A stretch of DNA of 63,504 nt, filler included, from Octopus bimaculoides (lineage: Eukaryota): assembly GCF_001194135.2 (NCBI RefSeq). It is 4 parts of 4 records of this genome, joined end to end, with 100 filler letters (N's around TTAATTAATTAA, not from the genome) between each part and the next. Parts side by side here need not be neighbours in the genome. Positions count along the whole stretch, not along the records: positions 34,574 to 59,431 come from NC_068983.1; positions 59,532 to 63,504 come from NC_068982.1; 2 more parts are not named here. One strand, given 5' to 3'. The translations under genes and the position numbers were made by a program. Numbering within the stretch: position 1 is the stretch's first letter; each line of letters opens with the position of its first letter. Under the pieces are notes generated by a model. The model searched no databases, was not told the origin of the DNA, and saw nothing but the letters and a program-made list of their open reading frames with translations. Positions 51,201 to 63,504 of the stretch are shown here, piece by piece.

Positions 51201-51247
51201 GACTATGACCTACAAAGACTATGACCTACAAGACTATGACCTACAAA
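51201..51247. repeat. 15-16-bp tandem repeat x3
   Basis: Unit gactatgacctacaa(a). Confidence 0.95.
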
Positions 51248-51694
51248 ACCAAGCAGCCCAGAAACAAGCAAGGTCAAGATAACCAGTTTTACAATGATTC
51301 GGATGTTATTTCAGAATTCCCTTCTGGAGCGGTGTCTAAATAAAGACTAGGGTTCTTTCAGTACCAGCTGTGAGGTGACGATTGACACTACTGAGTGCAT
51401 CCGTTCTTTGACAGGCTTTGTTTTTCATCGTGCATAGTGTCCAATGAAACTGCCCTCCTTATCAAGCAGGCTTGGTAGGGTCGGCGATTTTCTCGCCGAC
51501 CGCCCGACCATGTGACCGGTTGTACAATATTACATGTTATCAGTAGCACTGAGAATGGCCTGACATACAACACTATAATATACATACATATATATATGTC
51601 GGTGCGCGTGTATGTGTTTGTGTGTGCGCGCGCGTACGAGTGAGTATGTGCGCGTGCGTACGTGTGCGTATGCGTGCGTGCGTGTGTATGTGTT

Positions 51695-51733
<39 letters not shown>

Positions 51734-52711
51734 AGCTTGCGTAAAACAGGCACTTTTGGTGTGATTTAAGTAATACTACAGATCCTATGCATTCAATATA
51801 GAAATATTGGAAACTTGGAATGGTCACGCTCATCTTACATAATCGCCCCCACAACTACATCATAAACAATGTTACAATATGAATTCATTATCACCAATAT
51901 ATTACTATCATCACTATTCTTGTAACTATGTTACTATCACAACTCTATCACAATCACCAGATTACGACCGCAAATACATCACCCAGGGTACTGACATTAC
52001 TAGTACATCACTAACACCGTTTAATTCCCATTATCCCGATAGCCATCATCCCATCATTATTATTACACATACAGCAACAACCAAACCCTAGCACTGTTTC
52101 CATCACCTGTATCACTTCTAGCGCTACTAATTCTCAAATTCAATTCTACGTCATGACAAAGACAACTTTAATTCCAGTAATTACCAAAATAATACAATGA
52201 TCTAACAAAACTACTCTCCACTTTGCAATCTTGCTTACATTACACTGTATTATCTTAAACAATGGACACATTAGATAGTGTAATTCTCGCATATAATGTG
52301 TCACAAAATATAAAGAGGTGTAATTATTACGTTTTTCATCATACACATGATTGATCAGTACTGATTGGGGACCAAACAATGACTACAGCACAAAAAGTAA
52401 CAACAATGGTGACAATAGTGAGTACTAGAAACAATGACACGATATTGCAATGGCGCAAGAAATAATGAAGTAACATTCATATAGTTAATCCCAGAAACCC
52501 AAATACACCACTTTCCGAACACATTCGCACTATCATTCAATGTCGACAAAGTCTTATAACTTAACATAATATTTTGCATTTAATACGTTGATGACATTCA
52601 AGCTCTAAAAGGGATGGCGACATATCAAGAATACAAGCATTAAAAATTAACAAGCATAATGAGCTGAGTTATTAAAAACACGCGTACACAAGCATTCACA
52701 CNNNNNNNNNN

Positions 52712-52748
<37 letters not shown>

Positions 52749-53636
52749 CACACACACAGAGCTTACTAACAGTTATTTCTAATTAAGAACTTCATTTATA
52801 AAACCCGGTTTCTCGGGAGCACTCAGAAAGAGCTAGAGAGAGCAGTCGTCAGTAGACATAGTCTTCACGTCTTGGTCATGTTGTTCTTTTGTTACTTTCA
52901 CTGCTGGTGGTTTATTTCTTTTGGCTTTCTTTATCTTGCAGGAATAAAACCATCACGTGGTTTAACTACCAAACATTGCAGCAATGAAATCTTTCGCCCT
53001 GCACCGCTAAGTTTCATTGATTGCTTCGTTACTCACTGAGGGTGATACAACGGCAGGATATCTCTATGATATTTAGGAATCCTTAGGGACCGAATGCTCA
53101 CACAGATCCCGTCCAACTACATGCTGTAGGTATCCTCTGCGCTCACCTCATGAGCGTAATATTGCGGAAAGTTGACAAAGTAAATGCCATCCTCCACGGA
53201 AACATATCTCAACAATCATATATTTCTTCATATCTACGAAAATAGCCTGTGAGCAACGAATGGCGACCCAACAGCACCATCTCTCTATATCTCTTTCTGT
53301 GTCATTAAAATCACACACATACACAGTTTTCCTCAAACTTTTCCAGTGACACATCCTGTCACTGACATATTTTGATCTATGCATCCTCTTTCGAGGCAAT
53401 ATAGAAGGTAGCCCCACTTTATTGGTTGTTTTTTGGAAAAAAATACATATACATCACCTCCTCTATCCGACTTTCCAGGATAAAATCGACGAGTAAAGAG
53501 GAATTGCCTTTTGATCTGACCCAAGTTGAAAAGCAGATTCGAAATCGTTCTCATCTGCACCATTACGAAATAAGGTAATCCGGTTTAAAATTAAGTAGAA
53601 TTTTTTCATAAACATCCGTTTGCCCAAGTGAGCAAA

Positions 53637-53669
<33 letters not shown>

Positions 53670-53724
53670 AATGATGATGATGATGATGATGATGATCGTG
53701 GTGGTGGTGGTAGTGGTGGTGATG

Positions 53725-53960
53725 ATGATGATAGGGCACTGTAAGCCCAGATATAGACAAATGACTGAAAGAGATTGAAATAGAGCTCCTACAGAACGTT
53801 TGTCTCTTAGGGACAGCAAGGATTATTAGGAGGGTCCTAAGCCCTTGAAACACTGCTGAAAATTTGTGGATACCTAAGGTTACAAGTAGTAACCCGCTAT
53901 CCACATAATTCCGACAAGGAATAAGACCGAACCTGAACCAAACCAAAATAATAATAACAA
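53725..53960 (+). mobile_element. RLE-type (R4/Dong-like) LINE extreme 3' end
   Basis: EIEIELLQNVCLLGTARIIRRVL resembles LQKIALLGTAHILRKTL at 57560-57600; starts right after a (GAT)n/(GGT)n run. Confidence 0.7.
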
Positions 53961-54269
53961 GAGCACTCAGAGAGCACAAGCCTCCACCAAGAACACCAAT
54001 GTCCTCTCAGCAATTACCCAGAAATGATTTTTAAAATGAGAATATCTGAAATAAACTCGACTGCTCCAACAAACGACAATACTAAAACTGAACCCGACTG
54101 CTATCAAAAATTAAGTAAAAAAAATAATAAAACAGGAAAAATAATCCAGAATCCTTGTACGGTACCAGATCGATCCCAAAATCTAATAAGTTCGTACCAG
54201 TTACGAGGCCACTGGTAGTGAATAGCTGACACTGTAGTACATCTTCAGCGTTAGAAGCTGTGCAAAGGC

Positions 54270-54349
<80 letters not shown>

Positions 54350-55039
54350 GATGACCGACCATAGGTCCAAAGGAAGGAGAAAAAACAACACCTGAATACT
54401 TAAATACATAGCTTATTCTGAAGCAAGGGAGAGTGCTAGCAAGCCTTGCAACATTGATGAGAAATGAAACTTGAAGGCAACGAATTTTGTATTCAACTTC
54501 AAACTAAACAACATTGAGACAGCGTGGATCAGCAAGCAAGTTTTCAACGTAGGAGTAAAACAACAACGTTTGAGTAAAACAAAATAGAAATATAACCAAT
54601 CCTTTGAAATTTGATGAGAAAAACAAAACACATTAAAAATGTTTTAAAACTGTTATTCAACAAGCAAACAATTATCAGATGTTAAGAAGAAATAAACAAA
54701 TGACTATATTTAAATTCCTGCAATGGCTATCCAACTAATTATATATAAGGGTAGGTGTGAACTCTCTAAGCCTTCGTTGGCAATCCACCTAGTGATAGTG
54801 TCACGATAAAAATACAGGTGATTGTACAGTCTTGTAACTACAACCTCAAATGAGTGAGGTCTAGTAATAATTGTGTTAACGAGACCGGAACTGTTAACAG
54901 TGGCAGTGTCGCTCACAGCAGGCAAGGAGTGTCTGACCAAGCTCCGGCAGATTGTCATCAAGCCATTGATAAGGATCAGGATCGAAGTGAGAAGTGGAGT
55001 TGGAGAAAATTGAAATAGGGAAAAACTGGCAAACAAGTC

Positions 55040-55240
55040 TGTGATTGAATATTGGCTGAGAAGTGTGTCAAATAAGAGACGTTTATGAAATGAATGAAAA
55101 AATGTATGGGACGAAAAAAGAGGCTTTGAATCTTCCACCCGACGATTGATAGACCAGGCAAGAGCAATTCGTATAAAAGATTGGATTACAGGATTAGAAA
55201 TTGAAGGAATTCAGAGAAGAATAAAAACCGAACAAGAAGA
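55040..55240 (+). mobile_element. Probable R4/Dong-like LINE ORF N-terminal remnant
   Basis: RLIDQARAIRIKDWITGLEIEGIQRRIK resembles the 'RL.DQ.R.I.K..WL...E.E.I' motif recalled for this clade; unverified. Confidence 0.5.
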
Positions 55241-55288
55241 GTGGGAAACAACAGTTGCAGAAAGTGGTTATGAAAGGATAACGGTGTA

Positions 55289-55447
55289 GGAGAGGCTGTG
55301 TAGTAAGTAGCTTGCTTACGAACCACATGGTTCCGGGTTCAGTCCCACTGCGTGGCACCTTGGGCAAGTGTCTTCTACTATAGCCTCGGGTCGACCAAAG
55401 CCTTGTGAGTGTATTTGGTAGGCGGAAACTGAAAGAATCCCGTCGTA

Positions 55448-55486
<39 letters not shown>

Positions 55487-55698
55487 TTGTGTGTCTGTGT
55501 TTGTCCCCCAACATCGCTTGACAATCGATGCTGGTGTGTTTACGTCCCCGTAACTTAGCGGTTCGGCAAAAGAGAACGATAGAATAAGTACTAGGCTCAC
55601 AAAGAATAGTCCTGGGGTCGATTTGCTCGACTAAAGGCGGTGCTCCAGTATGGCCGCAGTCAAATGTCTGAAACAAGTAAAAGAGTAAAAGAGTAAAG
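55289..55698 (+). mobile_element. tRNA-derived SINE family 1 (CORE-like motif), full-length reference copy
   Basis: tRNA-like head with B-box-like gggttcagtccc, MIR-CORE-like accttgggcaagtgtctt, internal (GT)n and (gtaaaaga)n tail. Confidence 0.93.
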
Positions 55699-56171
55699 AG
55701 AGATGAAGAAAATGTAATAGAAAAAAATCACTCTGTCTTAGAATGCCAATAAAGTAAATAGGGAAAGTTGTTTAGCTGGACAAGTGACAATAGATGTTGA
55801 AAAAGACTTGAACGATGACGAGGGGATTCTAGAAATGCTGCGAGGTAAAATATGATGAGATGTTGATGGCCTAAGAGGTAGTATTTCAAAGCAACAAAAT
55901 TATCTATTGTAATTGAATGACTTGTAATGATACTTTACAGAACAAATATGTAGACCAAATTCTTATCATCTTCAAAATGAGTGAATTGCAAAAATTCATC
56001 TCCATCAACATGCAGCCTTACAGTCTTTTCCTTTTTTATTTTACAGACACATCGGCATTTTGTTTTCAATTGCATGGCACCTAACTTGATATCATCTTTA
56101 AATGCTAAGTCTTGTTTTGACGTCTCTGGCTGACACCTGGGTGAAGCCTGTATAAACCAAAGTCAAACCAA

Positions 56172-56245
<74 letters not shown>

Positions 56246-56261
56246 TATAATAATAATGATA

Positions 56262-56452
56262 ATCCTTTCTACTATAGGCACAAGACCTGAAATCTATGGG
56301 AAGGAGGCTAGTCGATTACATCGTCCCCAGTATTTCACTGGTACTAAATTTATCGACCCCGAAAAGATGAAAGGCAAAGTCGACCTTTGCGGAATTTGAA
56401 CTCAACGCAGTGACAGGCGAAATACCACTAAGCATTTCTTCCAGCGTGCTAA
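56262..56452 (-). mobile_element. SINE family 2 copy
   Basis: Reverse complement of the 30519-type body (aaaggcaaagtcgacctttgcggaatttgaactc). Confidence 0.85.
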
Positions 56453-56921
56453 TGATGATGCAAATATTCTGCTCAATACCACAGATTCGCTTGTCAGTTG
56501 TTTGAAAATAACCAGTCGAGCATGTCCCTTGGTGACTGACAATATGTGCATCTCTGATCACGAACAGCATCATGGGGTATGATAGTGGGGTAGCATCATG
56601 GCTATGTGTTGAGAGGAATTCTTTGGGGTTTGGATGGTTCACTTTTGGAAACATAGGTGTTTCGTTCAACATCCTTAAAAAACCCTTATTCAGGGACCTT
56701 TTGAGCGATATCAGTTACTCGACCTGAAGAAAATTCTAACTGGGACTCACCAGCAAGGTCATGCGCTGTTTATCTTAATATGAAATTACCATGTCGAGCA
56801 CATATGGTTGTGATGCATGTGCCTGGTGTAGCCTTATGAGACATGTAGTTATAGTGGGTATACTGGGCTCCGTATATTTTGTCCCAGTGTCACTGTGATG
56901 GCATGCACTGCTCTCTCACTC

Positions 56922-56985
<64 letters not shown>

Positions 56986-57011
56986 GTAATAATAATAATA
57001 ATAATAATAAT

Positions 57012-57712
57012 TATCTCTGGCTGCCCAGTCCTGGCTAAGAAGGAATATATTCACAGACACGACAGAACTGGGACCTATATACACTGGAAGCTATGCCAAC
57101 ACTATGGAATAACAACAGAAAAAAGATGGTATAAACATACGCCAGAAAAGGTCGCAGAAAACGAGAAAGCAACCATACTCTGGGATATGCCAATACACAC
57201 AGATAGAGAAATNNNNNNNNNNNNNNNNNNNNNNNNNNNNNNNNNNNNNNNNNNNNNNNNNNNNNNNNNNNNNNNNNNNNNNNNNNNNNNNNNNNNNNNN
57301 NNNNNNNNNNNNNNNNNNNNNNNNNNNNNNNNNNNNNNNNNNNNNNNNNNNNNNNNNNNNNNNNNNNNNNNTTTCTCTAAAAGAAATGGAAAAACTTTCA
57401 AAATACAAAGACCTGGAAATAGAGATAACTCGAATGTGGAATCTAAAAACAGAAACAATTCCTATCATAGTAGGTGCCTTAGGTATAATAAAAAAATATT
57501 CAGACAAATACATAACAAAAACACCAGGACTTACAAATATATATAACATACAGAAAATTGCACTACTGGGTACTGCACACATTCTACGCAAAACACTTTC
57601 AATACAGTAAACATAAGAGCACCACAGCAAACCACAGCACATACCCAAGGCGCACAGATCTGCGCTCGGTAGTGAAGTGAAAGTACGTTATAAAAATAAA
57701 ACTACTGAATAA
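57012..57712 (+). mobile_element. R4/Dong-like (RLE endonuclease) LINE 3' end
   Basis: ISGCPVLAKKEYIHRHD...HWKLC...ILWDMPIHTDRE and EKLSKYKDLEIEITRMWNLKTETIPIIVGALG: RHD and EK..KY..L motifs of restriction-like endonuclease LINEs. Confidence 0.88.
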
Positions 57713-57739
57713 TAATAATAATCTTTTCTACCATATGCA

Positions 57740-59343
57740 GAAGGCGCATCAAAAGACTCAATAAAAAATTCACCAATTAAAATACTCCCACATACAACAT
57801 CTACATTCAACAACAATGAAAAGGCTAGAATTGGAAAAACTTCATCTGTAGACCAACATGAAAACCTCCATTGACAATCAAAGAGCTGCAGAGGAACAGT
57901 GGGTAATCAAAAAAAAAATCAAACTGAACCCAAAACTATTCTATTCATATGGAAATAAGCATAGGCACGCTGCCTCACCCGTTGGTCCATTGATCGATGA
58001 TATCGGCATTCTCCAACATGATGCTAAAGAAATGGCAGAAGTACTGCAGAAACAGTACTGCTCTGTCTTTAGTGAACCCACTGATATTGACGTAAGGGAT
58101 GTGAACGAAGTCGATTCCCAACATATAATCTCGGACATAACCTTCACTGCGTCAGACATCATAGCAGCAATAAATGAGATCAAATACTATTCTGCTGTAG
58201 GCAATGATAGATTCCCCGCTAGTCTCCTGAAGGAATGAAAGCACCAACTTGCAGTCCCATCTGACCAACCTCTAGAGAAATTCTTTAGACTCAAGTTATA
58301 TACCGAAACAGCTCTTATCCCAGTCTGTCAACTCAGTTTTCAAACAGGGAAACAGAACCCTCGCAGTCAACTATCACCCAATTTCACTTACCTTCCATAT
58401 CATTAAAGTGTTTGAAAGGGTGGTGATATCAAGGATAACTGGCTTCCTGGAGATCCATAAACTCCTAAATTCAAACCAGCCTGGCTTTCGCTGCGGCAAG
58501 GACTGTCTTACACCATGCCGATGATAACCTTAAAGCCTTTGAGATCAGGTTCTCTGATGTCATGTATCTCGACTTCAGTAATGCATTCGACAGAGTTGAC
58601 CATAAGATCCTACTGTCAAAATTGTGAAATGCTGGAATCCGTGGAAAACTTCTACACTGGATTGAGTATTTCCTGGAGAACAGAACACAATACGTTGTGA
58701 TCGGTGGAATCCCATCAAGCCCAACAAAAGTCACCAGTGGTGTCCCTCAGAAGACTGTCTTGGGCCCGCTCCTCTTTATAGTCTATATGAACGACCTTTC
58801 TAGCGTCATAAAACACAGCAAATTGAAACTATTCTTTGATGGCTCTAAGCTCCAGAAAATTATCAGTGAAGAAGAAGACCTAGCTGAACTCCAGTCTGAT
58901 CTACATTCTGTGAGTCAATGGGCAGACAAAAACAAAATGCAACTAAACGAAGGACAATTTGAGCTCATGCATTTTGGAAGAAATACTATGCTAAAACAGC
59001 CATATTCTCTTCCTTCAGGGGAACCGCTCACAACATCTAATGACATCAGAGACCTAGGAATAATTGTTGATTACAATCTCAGCTGGAGTTCCCGTATCAA
59101 TAATAAGGTCGATATAGCTCATAGGATGAGCTGCTGGATCCTAAGAACCTTTCGATCAAGAGAACAAGGTGTCATTATTCTTCTGTTCCCCTCCTTTGGA
59201 CGACCACACCTCGAATACTGCTGTCCCCTGTAGTCTCCCCATACAAAACAAAACATCTCGAAAATTGAATCACTCCAGGGGTCAATCACTAAAAGAATTA
59301 AAGGCATGACTGAACTTGATTACTGAGACCGCCTTAAAGCATT

Positions 59344-59350
<7 letters not shown>
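57740..59350 (+). mobile_element. Decayed CR1-like LINE ORF2 (reverse transcriptase)
   Basis: NPKLFYSY, YLDFSNAFDRVDH, SGVPQKTVLGPLLFIVYMNDL, degenerate FFDG (FADD) and RPHLEYCCPL; ends at DRLKALKL in a (CT)n run. Confidence 0.93.
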
Positions 59351-59431
<81 letters not shown>

Positions 59432-59688
59432 NNNNNNNNNNNNNNNNNNNNNNNNNNNNNNNNNNNNNNNNNNNNTTAATTAATTAANNNNNNNNNNNNN
59501 NNNNNNNNNNNNNNNNNNNNNNNNNNNNNNNCTTTCCGTTTTCCTATGTGTTCGTTCCGTTGTCTGTAGTTTATTGTTCTAACGTCCTGTACCCTGATAT
59601 GCATGTATATACACATGTAGATGTAAGTATGTACATATATGTGTGTATACATGTATATATATTCTTTGTATTATATATATATATATAT

Positions 59689-60414
59689 ATACAAGAATAA
59701 GGGCAGGGAATCGTCAATTAATAATAGAATTAATAATTAACAATTTTGCCAAGTATTTCAGTATGAAAAAACCTTTATCGGTAAAACCATTTATCGTCAT
59801 AAATATACAGGGATTAGCATTGAGTTGCTTCTCCAACATACTGAAAATTTAGAAATAGCAGTCAAAGAACTACTGGTTCTAAACTATAAATTTTTCTCTA
59901 AATGGATGGCGATATTTGTGGCACACATAGAACAAAAAAAAACGGAGGGGAAAGCATAAGCAAAACAAGTCTTTAGTTAATCGGATACGATCGCTTCATG
60001 GTTAAGGGAATGAAAATTTCCCTATTCCAAACCATCAGTCCTATATTCTGATAAATTTGAAAGTGTCTACTAAAAAATTCACGGTAATCCTTGGCCATGC
60101 GACACCAAAAATCAACGGTAAGAAAGGCACTTACGAATTCATCGGCTAGTGAGTTCAGGCACCCCACCCCAAAGAAATCTATTCCATGTGCGTCACAAAT
60201 AGTCCCGTATGAAAAAAAGCCCCGTGTGGAGGGATTACGGTTTAACCACCTAACTTAGAGGTATCAAATATAAAATATACAAGAATAAGTGCAGGGAATC
60301 GTCAATTAATAATAGAATTAATAATTAACAATTTTGCCAAGTAGTTCAGTATGAAAAAACCTTTATCGGTAAAACCATTTATCATCATAAATATACAGGG
60401 ATTAGCATTGAGTT
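59689..60414. repeat. Tandem direct repeat, period 588 bp (second copy cut by gap)
   Basis: 59689-59826 is nearly identical to 60277-60414. Confidence 0.92.
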
Positions 60415-60724
60415 NNNNNNNNNNNNNNNNNNNNNNNNNNNNNNNNNNNNNNNNNNNNNNNNNNNNNNNNNNNNNNNNNNNNNNNNNNNNNNNNNNNNNN
60501 NNNNNNNNNNNNNNNNNNNNNNNNNNNNNNNNNNNNNNNNNNNNNNNNNNNNNNNNNNNNNNNNNNNNNNNNNNNNNNNNNNNNNNNNNNNNNNNNNNNN
60601 NNNNNNNNNNNNNNNNNNNNNNNNNNNNNNNNNNNNNNNNNNNNNNNNNNNNNNNNNNNNNNNNNNNNNNNNNNNNNNNNNNNNNNNNNNNNNNNNNNNN
60701 NNNNNNNNNNNNNNNNNNNNNNNN

Positions 60725-60758
<34 letters not shown>

Positions 60759-62559
60759 ACACACATGTACACATACATATACCTACACGCACATATATAT
60801 ACATATGCACCCACATATGCTTGAAAGTGTGTACATGTGCATGAAAATTTGTATATGTACGTATGTATATGTATGTGTATGAGTATTTGTAGATTTAATT
60901 TCTTTCAACCCGAAGCCAATTTCCTAACATATATTCGACGTTGTAAACGTCATAGTATAATATCACAATATCAAAGAATTGGCAGAAAAAGACTACTGAC
61001 ACAATAGGATTGAATGATTGTTGTCTTCAATGAGTACAGAAAAGCCGATGCAATATTTTACAAATACTGATATATGTCAACAACACACATGACAACAGTA
61101 GTGTATGAACTCAAGAAACCTGGCAGTTTGCTAAAAATTATTTGTATATCATATCAAGATCTTTGTGACACGATATACAACGAAACGTTATAACGTCACT
61201 CATCCTGCTAGAAATGTATGCCACACGCCTTCAAATCACACACATATTCTTTTAAAGGACCAGATCTATCAACAATACAATCTTATTCATTCTTACAACA
61301 CTTTAGCATGACATTTACCAGTTCATTTATGGATTAGGGAAACGCTTGAACTTGAGTACAATAATAACAAGATATATGCATCCATTTAGACACACACATA
61401 CACACACACATTCTAATGTACTGGATAGTTTAGTTTATTGTATTTCGCTAAATACGTTTTACATGCTTGCGAATCACACGAGGCTGATCTTTCAGAGTTG
61501 AATCTTCTTTGGTAGCAGAATACGGTTCTATACTGTTGTATACAGTAGTTTTGTTGTTGTACTGTCGTTTGATTAACCTAATGACACCTGAAGGTGGGTT
61601 CTTCGACTGCTTTATCGACACGATACATTAAATAACGGAATGCTGTAAGATGGTTTTTGGTCAACACCTGAAACACATGAAGATATATCTATGCACACAT
61701 TCAGACGCGGACATACACACGTATACACACACATACACACACTCACACACACACACGCTCAAGTTTATTTCTTTTTGAAGATGAGCGCATCACCTCACAC
61801 AATTACAGCACTCCTCAAAGATGTAGCCGACTGTCTAGACAGATAATTGCGAACCGCTTTCCTTTATATTATATATTACGTGTAAGTTCGCAAGCGAGAA
61901 AACTCAATATTTATAGTTATATTGCATTTTCAGACTTACGACAGAGAGCGACGATCGAATGGAGGAAATTGTTTATTAACACTAGCTTGCTATCTTGTAA
62001 ACATTTCTGTTCTATCAGCTAGACAAGCCCAACAGAAATTAAATGCCCACTTAATGGTCCGTACATTTGGAAAAAATATTGTAATCGCAGATTATTTACG
62101 TGTATAGAAACATATGGTAAACAAAATATATTTATATAATATGTAAAATATATTTAATCTTTCGACAAAAACAAGCTTACTTTCTCTTCCTATATTTTCT
62201 CTCAGTTTTTTCCCATTGTTTTGTACTGTCTGTTATTTTCTCATATAGATTTCTAATAGTACATTTCTTTTAGGTAAAGAAATACACAGACTTGTGATTT
62301 TCAAATCTTTGACCTCAAAGCAGTATAAGCATTATAAGCACGATTTTATCGATTCCTTTATTAGAGTTTTTCTCTCTTCCCCCTTTCTCCATATGTATTT
62401 TTGTGTATATATCTGTGTATATGTATGCAGGCAAGGTCAGGTAATACAGCCACAGACAAAAGCAAGATGTGTGGTGTGTGTATGTATGTGTGGTGTGTGT
62501 ATGTATGTGTGTGTGTATATGTGTGTGTGTACATGTGTGTGTACATATTTGTGTGTGTG

Positions 62560-62735
62560 TCTGTGTTTGTCCTCCCCACACAATCGCTTGACCACCGATG
62601 TTGGTGTATTTACGACCCTGTAACGTAGCAGTTCGGAAAAAGAGGCCGATAGAAGAGGTACTAGTCTTACAAAGAATACGTTTTGGGGCGATTTATTCGA
62701 CTAAAGGCAGTACTCCAGTATGTCCGCAGTCAAAA
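62560..62735 (+). mobile_element. SINE family 1, 3' half
   Basis: Follows (GT)-rich DNA; caatcgcttgaccaccgatgttggtg...gcagtactccagtatg matches the 55289 tail. Confidence 0.85.
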
Positions 62736-62824
62736 GAATCATCTGCTATACATACTATGTATATGTGTGTGTGTGCATGTGTGTATGTATATGTATAAAT
62801 ATATACATATATATACATATATAT

Positions 62825-62868
<44 letters not shown>

Positions 62869-63009
62869 NNNNNNNNNNNNNNNNNNNNNNNNNNNNNNNN
62901 NNNNNNNNNNNNNNNNNNNNNNNNNNNNNNNNNNNNNNNNNATATGTATATTTATTTATTTATTCATGCGTTTCAGCCAAGTGGCTGCGGTTGTGCTGGA
63001 GCACCACCA

Positions 63010-63504
63010 TGACGTTCCTTCCTTATGCTGTGCTCTCTGCACGTTCCTTGAATGGCTCCTCTCTGCAACCTGATGTAGTCCAATCAAGAGGTTCGATGAC
63101 ACAGCTGGTGTATAAGAGAATTTGACATCACTACCGTCAATTGTGTCTCATTTCGAGCCATCGGTTCGTCTGGTATCGTGGATAGGAAAGTGTCGAGTTT
63201 TGTTTTGAAGACCTCTATATCCATGGCTTGTAGATCTCTGAATTATTTTGGCAGGGCATTAAAGAGCTGAGGTTCTCTGAAACTGAGGCTGTTGCAGTAC
63301 CTTGTTCTTATGTGAGATGCAGTGGACAGTATCCTTGATGCTATGCAGTGGCGAACTGTGCGGGCATTCGTGTGGTACTTGATGCCAAAGTTTGGTACCA
63401 GTCCTTCCAATATTTTCCATATGTAAATTATTACATATATCTCCCGTCTGCGCTCCAGGGAGTAGAGACTTAGTGCTTTCAGTCGGTCCCTGTAGTTTAT
63501 CTTC
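63010..63504 (-). mobile_element. CR1-like LINE 3' end (continues beyond window)
   Basis: KINYRDRLKALSLYSLERRRERY...IWKILEGLVPN...NSLSFREPQLFNALP...FKTKLDTFL. Confidence 0.92.

Overview
AT-rich, repeat-dominated animal genomic DNA with many N gaps and dense microsatellites. The SINE/LINE content suggests an octopod cephalopod (inference; no search run). The only well-supported host coding sequence is four consecutive in-frame GT-AG exons on the minus strand (34171->29783). They splice into 526 nt encoding a TIL - short VWC-like - TSP1 - VWC-like cysteine-rich segment of an SCO-spondin/hemocytin/mucin-class extracellular protein. The ORF track shows only part of one exon. The rest of the window is presumably intronic or intergenic. 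It holds decayed LINEs (CR1-like, Tx1/L1-like, RTE-like, R4/Dong-like), Penelope-like elements, Tc1 and mariner remnants, piggyBac-type and other MITEs, and three tRNA-derived SINE families. The best leads are: a 39-nt 18S rRNA-like insert and a conserved 18-bp palindrome in Penelope pseudo-LTRs; degenerate hammerhead-ribozyme motifs; a cluster of three long inverted-repeat pairs at 9-21 kb; and a possible family of decayed AT-rich ORFs. No clearly new biological system can be established from sequence alone. Repeat boundaries are approximate.
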